Shown here in pieces: positions 56,679 through 64,000 of a stretch of 64,000 bases of DNA (its first letter is position 1; every line of letters starts with the position of its first letter). Source of the DNA: a virus (taxonomy: Duplodnaviria; Caudoviricetes). The stretch is taken from the IMG/VR virus record IMGVR_UViG_3300033066_001150, positions 33,979-97,978 of that record; one strand, written 5' to 3'. The translations under genes and the position numbers were made by a program. The notes beneath the pieces were generated by a model. The model did no database searches, was not told where the DNA came from, and saw only the letters and a program-made list of their open reading frames with translations.

Positions 56679-57557
56679 CTAGAACGGAATATCGTCGTCT
56701 TCGTTGGCGGGGGACCGCCGCTTCTTTTTCTTCTTTGGGGCCTTGTCCTCCTCATCGTCTTCGTAACGGGAACGACGGGACTTTTTCTTCTTAGGAGCTT
56801 CGTCCTCATCGTCTTCATCCTCATCGTCGTCCTCATCGGGCGACTGACTGACGACCTTTTTCACGTCCGCGTATTTCGGCACGATCAACAGGTTGTCCAG
56901 ACACTGGGCCCCTTCCAACACTTCTTCGGACAGCGGCTTGTCCCGCTTTTTGAAGTCAATGGCGGCCACCTTGTAGGTCGGACGTCCTTTGTAGGACTCC
57001 TCCGAAATGGTCAGCTTGAGGATCTTGCCTTCTTCTGGGTCGGCAAACGAAGAGATATCTTCGTCCTCGTCTTCGTTCTCGACACGTTCCCGGAGCAGCT
57101 TGCCGAATGAGAACTGGGCAATTTCCCAGATCTGAACGCCCTTTTCCGGCTCGTTCATGTCCAAGACGTTCCACAGTTGACGCTGCTTGGGTTTCAGGGC
57201 ATCCAGCGTGGCCCGGGGGGTGTCCGGGTCCTGTGCCAGCTCCGCCCGCAGTTCACAGACGGCGCACTTTTTCCCGAGCGACCCTTTCATGCAGAGAAAA
57301 GACTCGTTGTTCGGACCGACCCGTGGGTGTGAGAAGTACGTCCGTTCCCAGTGGAGTTCTCCGGGATCGGCGTATGGGTTTCCTTCTCCGGCCACGTAGG
57401 GGACGATGACAATACGACGCACCCCGGCCTTCTTCAGTTCAAACCGTTCCACACCTTCGGGAATGGAGTACGCGAACCCACCGGTCCCCGACTTGTAATC
57501 CTTTGCCCACTTCTTGGCAGAGAGCTTTTTACGTCTCTCTTTCGTTTTCTTCGCCAT
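56679..57557 (-). CDS. T4 gp32-like single-stranded DNA-binding protein
   Basis: H...C...C..C Zn site, charged tail ending DDDIPF; replication-module context. Confidence 0.8.
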   Translation of the reverse strand: MAKKTKERRKKLSAKKWAKDYKSGTGGFAYSIPEGVERFELKKAGVRRIVIVPYVAGEGNPYADPGELHWERTYFSHPRVGPNNESFLCMKGSLGKKCAVCELRAELAQDPDTPRATLDALKPKQRQLWNVLDMNEPEKGVQIWEIAQFSFGKLLRERVENEDEDEDISSFADPEEGKILKLTISEESYKGRPTYKVAAIDFKKRDKPLSEEVLEGAQCLDNLLIVPKYADVKKVVSQSPDEDDDEDEDDEDEAPKKKKSRRSRYEDDEEDKAPKKKKKRRSPANEDDDIPF

Positions 57558-57700
57558 AGGAAACCCTTGCTTGAGGATGTCGTTGCCGGTAGATATCCCG
57601 GGCTCGGAGATTGGCGTATGTCCCGAGCTTGACTGTGTAGTACCCTATAATCGGAATCAACACCATGAAGAACAGGACACACAGAAGGATTGACAGAAGA

Positions 57701-58189
57701 TTACTCATCGTCTTTTTTCCTTCTGGTCTTCTCGATCATTCTTCGTGTTCGGGCTTGATCCAGTGAGGCGTTGGCTTCCTCGCCACGCACACGGGGGGAG
57801 GAAAAATATTCCTGTCCGTGCAAATCTACAAGCTTTTCCAAAGCCCGTTTTCGATGGTCCAAGGCTGTCACCACACCTTGCATTAACTGTACGGCGTGAC
57901 GACAACTGTTAACGTTTCTTTGAGCTGCTTGATAACGCTCCTGCATGATCGTAGCAGCAGCGATAGCCCCTTCGGTGACCTTTTCTCCAAGGCCGAATTT
58001 CCCGGGAAAGTCCCGAATGCTGAGGGAGAGGTCCGCTTTGGTTAGATCGAACTCCCGTTCCGCTTCGTCCAGTTTCATCTTGGCGTCTGCCAACCGCCGG
58101 GAGTGCTTGAAGAACAACGTAGGTTGTTCGACCAGTGCTTTGTCAAGGGCGGTTTCGTCGATGTCAAGAAAGGATGGTTTGTCTTTCAT
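57701..58189 (-). CDS. UvsY-like recombination mediator
   Basis: L.IDE..LD....QP, long helices, ALDHRKRALE.LV.L....YFS.P; adjacent to SSB and RecA. Confidence 0.6.
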   Translation of the reverse strand: MKDKPSFLDIDETALDKALVEQPTLFFKHSRRLADAKMKLDEAEREFDLTKADLSLSIRDFPGKFGLGEKVTEGAIAAATIMQERYQAAQRNVNSCRHAVQLMQGVVTALDHRKRALEKLVDLHGQEYFSSPRVRGEEANASLDQARTRRMIEKTRRKKDDE

Positions 58190-58239
58190 TGGTTGTCTCC
58201 TACCTTATTATCGGGTTCCCGGGGAGTGATATAAGGAAG

Positions 58240-59160
58240 TTACCCGTGAATGACTTCCCAGCATGCCGCGGTCAACCCAGCCCGCTTCGTGTTGTAGAAC
58301 GGTTCCGAAAAAGCCGTGATGACTTGGAAGCCACGTGGTGCCAGTTTCCCTCCACCGAGTATCACTTTTTCCATGTAGGACAGGACCATCCAGCGCAAGG
58401 ACTCCGCGTCTTCCTCCACGGCTTTAATAATCTTCGCCATGTCCGTCCATTTGGTACGGGTATCCAACAAAGCCCGAGCGATTTCAATGGCTTGGTGTTG
58501 AACATCCGACTTCTGGATGGTTTGGATCTGTTCTTCTTCGTCTGTGATGTCGATGATCGAATTTAGTAGGACAAGGGCCTTACGGGCACTGCCATCCGAG
58601 TGCTCGCAAATCTTGTCGACCACTTCCTCTGTCAGTTTCTTCTTTTCTTTCTTGGCGACCGACAGCACCAACGTAGACATATCTTTGGCGTTGAGGGCTT
58701 TGACAACAACGTCGGTGCACCGGGTCCGGATGGTGTTCTTGAGTTTTTGGGGGTCCGTTGTGGACAGAATGAAATAGACCCAGTTGGGGGTATCTTCCAA
58801 CTCTTTAAGAAACGCGTCTTGGGCCGGCGCAGTCAATTGGTGGGCTTCGTCGATGAGCCAGATACGGGAGTCCCCGTCCATAGGCGCGAGGGAGACCCGA
58901 CGTTTGATCTCCCGGACAAGGTCAATCCCCCGGTCTTCGGCCGCGTTGATTTCATGGAAATCGGACTTTCCACAATTCAACAAGGTCCGAAAGATGCGGG
59001 CGATTGTGGTCTTTCCACACCCCGAGGGACCGGACAGGAGAACCGTATGGGGGAACCGTCCGCCCTGTTGCATGGCTTGCAGTTTGCGAACGGCTTCGGG
59101 TTGTCCCACCAAGTCGGCCAAAGACTGGGGACGATGCTTCTTATAGAGTTCCGACGTCAT
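58240..59160 (-). CDS. Clamp loader AAA+ subunit (DnaX/RFC-like)
   Basis: LYKKHRP, GPSGCGKTT, IDEAH, TIRTRC, GSARKA. Confidence 0.9.
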   Translation of the reverse strand: MTSELYKKHRPQSLADLVGQPEAVRKLQAMQQGGRFPHTVLLSGPSGCGKTTIARIFRTLLNCGKSDFHEINAAEDRGIDLVREIKRRVSLAPMDGDSRIWLIDEAHQLTAPAQDAFLKELEDTPNWVYFILSTTDPQKLKNTIRTRCTDVVVKALNAKDMSTLVLSVAKKEKKKLTEEVVDKICEHSDGSARKALVLLNSIIDITDEEEQIQTIQKSDVQHQAIEIARALLDTRTKWTDMAKIIKAVEEDAESLRWMVLSYMEKVILGGGKLAPRGFQVITAFSEPFYNTKRAGLTAACWEVIHG

Positions 59161-59171
59161 TTTCGTGCTTT

Positions 59172-60569
59172 CTAAGCCGCGAGCTCCACGGCTTTCTTTT
59201 CGTACCAAGAACCTCCGGGGGGAGTGACTTCCATCTCCACTTCTACCGGAACAATAATCCACTTCCAATGCTTGAGAAGGGCCTCGGTCATAACCCAGTG
59301 AGCCATCTTCAAGTAGTCGTCCAACTCGTCAAGGTGCACGTCCGCCAGAATGCTATCGTGGATCTGTCCTACGAGTTTGGACCGTTTACGGGACTTGACT
59401 AAGTAGTCATTGATCTCTGTTAAGGACCACAACAGACAGTGAAAGGCGGAGCCCTGTACGGGGTGATTGATTACGTCGTTTCGTTTGAGATAACTGTCTT
59501 CCGTGAACCCGGTTAGGGTGTGGAACCCACCGTTGCGAAGGTAGCGGTCATACCAAGAACGTTTCCATTTGGAATAGACCTGAAACCGGTTATTCCAAAA
59601 GTCTTCTTCTACGTCCTTGATGTGTTTGACAAAGGTCCCGGGCCGGAGTGGTGTTTTGGACTTGAAATCTGTGTTGCCGAGACTTTTGATACCGTGTTGT
59701 TTCAGCCACTCCAGCATCGGGGTCTCCCCCACGGTCAATTTATGCTTGGTACAAGCGGCCCATAAGTTCGGGGCGCATTGCTGGGCAATGGACCCATAAA
59801 ACTCCGGAAAGACGAACATGTTCTTCGCACAATAGCGAGACATCTTGTCGACTTGTTCGGGTTTCATCTTATAGCACTGGGCGGCCATGTCCCGGTGCAT
59901 GTCTTTTGTCTTGTCTTGAATGTAGGAGATCAGCACGGGGTCTCTGTTGTAGCACGCCGCAATACGAACTTCGATACCGGAGAAGTCAATCTCCACAAGA
60001 ACCCGGTCGGGACTACGGGGGATAAAGCAACGGCGAATCAGTTTGCCGGCTTTGGGGTCCCGGATAGGAATATTCTGGAAGTTAATAAGACTGGAACTGG
60101 ACCGGAAGGTTTTGACCAAGTGCAGATGAAAGAAGTTGTACAGAAAACCGTTACAGACTTCCCGGCGGATGCCGCTTAGGTAAGTCCCTTGAATTTTCTG
60201 TAGCTTCTTCCATTTGAAGTACCGACGGACGAACGGTTCGTTGATGTGTTCGAACGCGGCTTCGTCCGTACTGGGTTGCCCCTTGTCGGTCCGGTGTAGG
60301 ACCTCGTGCCCCAGTTCCTCAAAGACAATGGTGGCGAGCTGCTGTTGCTTGGCAAAACCCGCATTGCGGCCAAACCGTCGGGTCCACAACCGCCAGACCT
60401 TGTCGGCCTGTAGCTTCATCTCCATCTTTTGGATTTGCCGACCGACCTTGGCAATGGTCTTGTCGAGATACTCTACATCAATGCGAATACCGTTTCGCTC
60501 AACATTGGCCAACGCCAACGTTCCCCGGTGAAGTAGATCATAAGCCGCTTCCGTAGCAGGTTTAAGCAC
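59172..60569 (-). CDS. polA: Family A DNA polymerase, polymerase domain only
   Basis: GGAGG RBS before GTG 60569; NFQNIP, DFSGIEVR (motif A), R..AK....F...YG (B), QIHDS (C). Confidence 0.92.
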   Translation of the reverse strand: MLKPATEAAYDLLHRGTLALANVERNGIRIDVEYLDKTIAKVGRQIQKMEMKLQADKVWRLWTRRFGRNAGFAKQQQLATIVFEELGHEVLHRTDKGQPSTDEAAFEHINEPFVRRYFKWKKLQKIQGTYLSGIRREVCNGFLYNFFHLHLVKTFRSSSSLINFQNIPIRDPKAGKLIRRCFIPRSPDRVLVEIDFSGIEVRIAACYNRDPVLISYIQDKTKDMHRDMAAQCYKMKPEQVDKMSRYCAKNMFVFPEFYGSIAQQCAPNLWAACTKHKLTVGETPMLEWLKQHGIKSLGNTDFKSKTPLRPGTFVKHIKDVEEDFWNNRFQVYSKWKRSWYDRYLRNGGFHTLTGFTEDSYLKRNDVINHPVQGSAFHCLLWSLTEINDYLVKSRKRSKLVGQIHDSILADVHLDELDDYLKMAHWVMTEALLKHWKWIIVPVEVEMEVTPPGGSWYEKKAVELAA

Positions 60570-60954
60570 GTGTCCTCCACAGACTGGCAAAGCCGTACCG
60601 ACGATAAAGCATGCCCCTATAAAGTCGTTGAATGTCTGGTGGGGCATCTTTTACGAGCACGGTATACTCTATCCAAAGATAGGGACTGCCGGGAGGTGCT
60701 GGTTCCACGTGATATTCTAGGTAGTTCCATAGTCTGTCGAAAGGACTGTTCCCACAAGACGTGAAACGGGGAAGTCTGTTATCCTCTCCGTGGCGGTACT
60801 TTCTGAGAATTTCTCGTTGGGACATCCCGCAGCCGGCACACGTCTGGCTCATTAGGTCGAGTGTCGTGTGCTGACACCTTGGCGAGAACACGAGCAACGA
60901 GAGGGAACCCACCACTAGAAGCAGGGAAGCCGCGATCGCGATGATGTCGTTCAT
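60562..60954 (-). CDS. Membrane-anchored hypothetical protein
   Basis: N-terminal TM, C.H...C..CG. Confidence 0.5.
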   Translation of the reverse strand: MNDIIAIAASLLLVVGSLSLLVFSPRCQHTTLDLMSQTCAGCGMSQREILRKYRHGEDNRLPRFTSCGNSPFDRLWNYLEYHVEPAPPGSPYLWIEYTVLVKDAPPDIQRLYRGMLYRRYGFASLWRTRA

Positions 60955-61190
60955 TCTAACACAAGCCAGTCATTGCTAAGAATATCTGTCTGACTAGCGA
61001 GCCACGGTACCAAGTCCCCCGAGGCTGTGCTCATGTAAATGTAAGGCAGGGTCATCTTGGAGTGTTCGTCCGGGACCTGTAACCGAAGCCACATGCCCTT
61101 CCCATTCCACCCTACACGGCACACGGATCTCCCAGCCCTCAGGGCGACAAGGGCAACGCCGAAGTCAGTTGCAGGCATGTTCTGTACCAT
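60951..61190 (-). CDS. DUF2829 / Tad2-like protein
   Basis: FG.AL.AL.AG..V.R.GWNGKGMWL...PYI......VPWLASQTDIL.NDW. Confidence 0.88.
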   Translation of the reverse strand: MVQNMPATDFGVALVALRAGRSVCRVGWNGKGMWLRLQVPDEHSKMTLPYIYMSTASGDLVPWLASQTDILSNDWLVLE

Positions 61191-61204
61191 TTTGGGTTCC
61201 TTTA

Positions 61205-61474
61205 TTACGCCAACAATTCGTCCACACGGGACCACAAAAAGTCCATTTTTTCCGGAGGGTCAAACCGAAGGCGGGCCATGAACAAGCCGACCTTCAGTTG
61301 GGGCAATTGCAGCGGCACCTTTGTTTTTTCTTGCCCTCGTGTCACGTGCAAAATCCAACGGTAAGTGCCACTGGTATTTCTGCGACCTTCTACAGACCAT
61401 TCCACAAGCACAGACTGTTCGTCAATCCTTACAATTTTACGCAGATTGACATCACAGCGTGGGACTCGTGGCAT
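61205..61474 (-). CDS. Hypothetical protein
   Basis: 89-aa ORF with AGGA RBS. Confidence 0.5.
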   Translation of the reverse strand: MPRVPRCDVNLRKIVRIDEQSVLVEWSVEGRRNTSGTYRWILHVTRGQEKTKVPLQLPQLKVGLFMARLRFDPPEKMDFLWSRVDELLA

Positions 61475-61497
61475 GGGACTTCCTGTGTTTTCGCTGG

Positions 61498-61803
61498 TTA
61501 GAAATTCTGGACGAAGCGTGGAGTGCTTGTGGCGGATTTTTTAAGAAGAAAACCCGTGGCGGTCCCCAATTTGTCCAGACAGGGTTGTTCCAAAGAAATG
61601 CCACAACTCAAGGAACGAAGTCGATGGTACGTGCGGACATGCATTCCCAAGGACGTCAAGTATTTCTTCGTCGCACTGGGGGAACCACACTCCTCATCTA
61701 GAACAGCAAAGCAGAGAAGAATGTAGGACTCCACCTCTAAAGCGAGTTCCTGTTTCTCTTGATCAGACAACTGCTCTTTTAGAGTAGGTTCCCGCCGCGT
61801 CAT
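61498..61803 (-). CDS. Hypothetical protein
   Basis: 101-aa ORF. Confidence 0.5.
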   Translation of the reverse strand: MTRREPTLKEQLSDQEKQELALEVESYILLCFAVLDEECGSPSATKKYLTSLGMHVRTYHRLRSLSCGISLEQPCLDKLGTATGFLLKKSATSTPRFVQNF

Positions 61804-61876
61804 TGTTCCAATCCTTCTAAACAGAAAGAAGAACCCGGCGCCATCCGTGCCACCGGGTTCTCTGTTGTTGGGCGGT

Positions 61877-62086
61877 CTACGGGGATTGCCGTTCCGGGAA
61901 GTTCGCTTCGTCCGTCGTCAGCAGTGTGTCGGCCACTTGTTTCAACTTGATTGCCAGTTCCCGCAGTTGAAGGGGACGGTTCTTGTTGTCCTTCTTCCAC
62001 CACGCGTTCGCGATGGCATGGTCCAGCAACCCGGAGAGGTCCCGGGGGACACGTTCCATCAATTTGTCGAAGCGATTCTTTTTCAT
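61877..62086 (-). CDS. Hypothetical protein
   Basis: AAGGA RBS; follows a promoter-like motif. Confidence 0.55.
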   Translation of the reverse strand: MKKNRFDKLMERVPRDLSGLLDHAIANAWWKKDNKNRPLQLRELAIKLKQVADTLLTTDEANFPERQSP

Positions 62087-62127
62087 GGCTTTCCTTTGTC
62101 CGTGGTTGTGATATCCGTCACACCTTA

Positions 62128-63324
62128 CTATCGGAAGACCTTCCCGATTTTCTGCATTTGAATGGTGGCAACCCGGTGTTCCACAAGGGAGTCTACCCCG
62201 CAGTATAAAAGCAGGTCCGCCAAGTCAATTTCACTGAGAATCTTGTTCATTCCCTGACCACCCTTGCCTTGCAGATATGTCCCAATGTGGTCGTCATAGG
62301 ACTCGAACCCCAGTTGCACAAGGGCTTGGAATTTTACACTTGTCACGGACTGACGATGGTCCAAGACGTGAGCACCGGTCATGGTACACCACACCCAGTT
62401 CCGGACTCTCGTTTTTAACAGACGACGTGTCCACCGCTCTTCGAACTTCATGTTGCTGGCGATTTTAGGGATTGGAGAGCGAATAAACTCCCGCGAGGCC
62501 CCAATGGCATCCCCACCCCACGGATACGCGATCGTGCGTTTCCCGTTGGAAATAGAACAACAGACAATCTGACTATCTTCCCGTTCGGGTTTGAGACGGT
62601 TGGTCTCGTAGTCAAAAGCAGACGGCAGTCCCTCCTTAGTTATAGACCGAATTGCCTTTGCCGCTTTTGTGGGCGAAAGAATAACCTCGACTTCCTTGCG
62701 GTAATTTGGCGGGCCGTCCGGCCACGGGTAGTCCGTGTGAGACAGAGCCTCCTTGAGATGTCTGTTGTAGATAACACTGAGGGCAGGATTATCCTCCTGC
62801 ACAACGTAGGACGGGGAGTACAGAGGGCAAATCCACGTATTCAGCCGTTGATGGGGAATGTTCCACCCTACCCAGCGGCTAATGGGCCCCACGTTTTCCT
62901 TCCACGCCCACCCCACCAAGGACTCCACGGCCGCGGCCCCCAACAACAGGACCACGACAGGTTTGACCTCCTGCAGTGTCTTAAGCAGGTTAGGACGACA
63001 ATACCCGATTTGTTTGGCGTTGGGTTTCCCCGATGGACGACAGATGAGTGCATTTGTTTTGACGCAGTCCCGGTCCGGGTCGAACCCATACTTCCGAAGT
63101 AGGTTCCGAAAGTATTGGCCCGACTTACCGGCAAGGTGCTTCCCAGTTCGGTCTTCCTCCTCACCGGGGGCTTCCCCCACAATTAGCACCTTGCCGCGAC
63201 CTTTGGCCGCCATCTTGGGGGCTTGGCAGGACTTATACAGCCCACACGCCCCACACTTAGCCACCAAGGACGGGGGCGGTTTGCTTTGGGCCAGTGTAGA
63301 CCCTAGGAAAAAGCCTTCGGGCAT
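62128..63324 (-). CDS. Family 4 uracil-DNA glycosylase domain fused to 3'-5' exonuclease (N-terminal half of SPO1-type PolA)
   Basis: C..C, IVGEAPG.EED, TNALICRP, C...L; then AFDYET (ExoI), N.KFE (ExoII), YCGVD (ExoIII). Confidence 0.88.
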   Translation of the reverse strand: MPEGFFLGSTLAQSKPPPSLVAKCGACGLYKSCQAPKMAAKGRGKVLIVGEAPGEEEDRTGKHLAGKSGQYFRNLLRKYGFDPDRDCVKTNALICRPSGKPNAKQIGYCRPNLLKTLQEVKPVVVLLLGAAAVESLVGWAWKENVGPISRWVGWNIPHQRLNTWICPLYSPSYVVQEDNPALSVIYNRHLKEALSHTDYPWPDGPPNYRKEVEVILSPTKAAKAIRSITKEGLPSAFDYETNRLKPEREDSQIVCCSISNGKRTIAYPWGGDAIGASREFIRSPIPKIASNMKFEERWTRRLLKTRVRNWVWCTMTGAHVLDHRQSVTSVKFQALVQLGFESYDDHIGTYLQGKGGQGMNKILSEIDLADLLLYCGVDSLVEHRVATIQMQKIGKVFR

Positions 63325-63340
63325 GCTGTGTCCTTAACGC

Positions 63341-63964
63341 CTACGACTCAACACCGGTACGGGGCCACGTCTTCCATTGTCGTTTGGACACCACGGTCTC
63401 CCACGTGTGGTTTGCGATGACCAGTAGATCGCAGACCTCGGGCTTGTCGTTGGCGTACTGGAATTGCATGTAGGCCTGCAGATGGGACACAAGACTGATC
63501 ATGGCTTCCGACACAGCGGTCTGATAGACGGCGTTGTTCGGCATCGCCCGAATACCTTGGCAGCGTTTGAGTTTCGCGTGGTAGAGTTTCCCGCAGGCGA
63601 TACCCAATTGCTTCAGGTGTTTTTCTGGGGACTGCTGGAGAATGGATTGGATTTCTGGGAACGAAAAACTCTCCCGGTAACACCAGTCCGCCAGATAAAT
63701 CAGAATGTCCCCCACGGCGTCTTCCACGGCTTCCATATCGCCCGCGGTGTCCGCCTCCAGTAATTCCCCAATCTCCTCAGTCATTCCCATCAGTGGGGCC
63801 ACACTGCCAAGACCGGCAATAACTTCGGCGTCCGGATCTGTTTGTTCCTTGTCGTCCTGTTTTTTCAGGTGAATCCAACGAACGGGGAGTTCCCGGCAGT
63901 AGGTCTCTTCGAAGTTGGCTTTGGACCAGCGGCCGACGTCTTGTGTCAATTGTTGGAAATTCAT
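63341..63964 (-). CDS. MazG-like nucleotide pyrophosphatase
   Basis: GMTEEIGEL...EDAVGDILIYL.D; second degenerate helical repeat. Confidence 0.75.
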   Translation of the reverse strand: MNFQQLTQDVGRWSKANFEETYCRELPVRWIHLKKQDDKEQTDPDAEVIAGLGSVAPLMGMTEEIGELLEADTAGDMEAVEDAVGDILIYLADWCYRESFSFPEIQSILQQSPEKHLKQLGIACGKLYHAKLKRCQGIRAMPNNAVYQTAVSEAMISLVSHLQAYMQFQYANDKPEVCDLLVIANHTWETVVSKRQWKTWPRTGVES

Positions 63965-64000
63965 AACGGATCTTCCTCTTCCTCGGTTTCGTCAGGCGTA

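Larger units (their letters stand above)
55319..62134 (-). promoter_or_regulatory. Repeated upstream motif CCGATWDTARGG, 4 copies (55319-55331, 57641-57654, 58201-58214, 62121-62134)
   Basis: CCGATATTAAGGG, CCGATTATAGGGTA, CCGATAATAAGGTA, CCGATAGTAAGGTG, each 12-85 nt upstream of a minus-strand start. Confidence 0.6.

Noticed and set aside
57629-57651. Plus-strand sigma70 promoter TTGACT...TATAAT
   Set aside because: Spacer is only 11 nt and it points antisense; better explained by the minus-strand motif

Overview
The window is a 64-kb segment of a tailed dsDNA phage (siphovirus-like gene set). The host is not identifiable with certainty; CsrA, Cys-rich exported proteins and the lack of a recognisable endolysin hint at a Planctomycete-like host. 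The + strand (1-46.5 kb) runs: small accessory ORFs, csrA, portal, MuF/gp7, type IB topoisomerase, DUF2213-type prohead protease/scaffold, decoration and major capsid proteins, connectors, an atypical lysis-position cassette with a papain-like protease, fibres, tail genes, and a ~10-kb nucleotide-sugar/glycosyltransferase cluster. The - strand (46.6-64 kb) carries recombination/replication genes: split Rad50/SbcC + Mre11/SbcD, resolvase, flap endonuclease, RecA-like, gp32-like SSB, UvsY-like, clamp loader, split PolA with a UDG-exonuclease half, DUF2829/Tad2-like and MazG-like. Terminase, primase/helicase and integrase are not in the window. Main discovery: a 16-aa peptide, N-[AV]-F-C-P-T-G-[PK]-G-G-G-(QDNSC|VDPTC), occurs 11 times across four head-region genes and is conserved at protein rather than DNA level. 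It separates unrelated effector domains (zeta-like kinase, ParB-like, JAB, HExxH peptidase, 2H phosphoesterase, TopoIB, unknowns). This looks like a modular cleave-and-package system for loading effector cargo into the capsid. A second candidate system pairs a GTGTG motif recurring in virion proteins with the phage glycosylation cluster. All domain calls are from motif recognition by eye; no searches were run.
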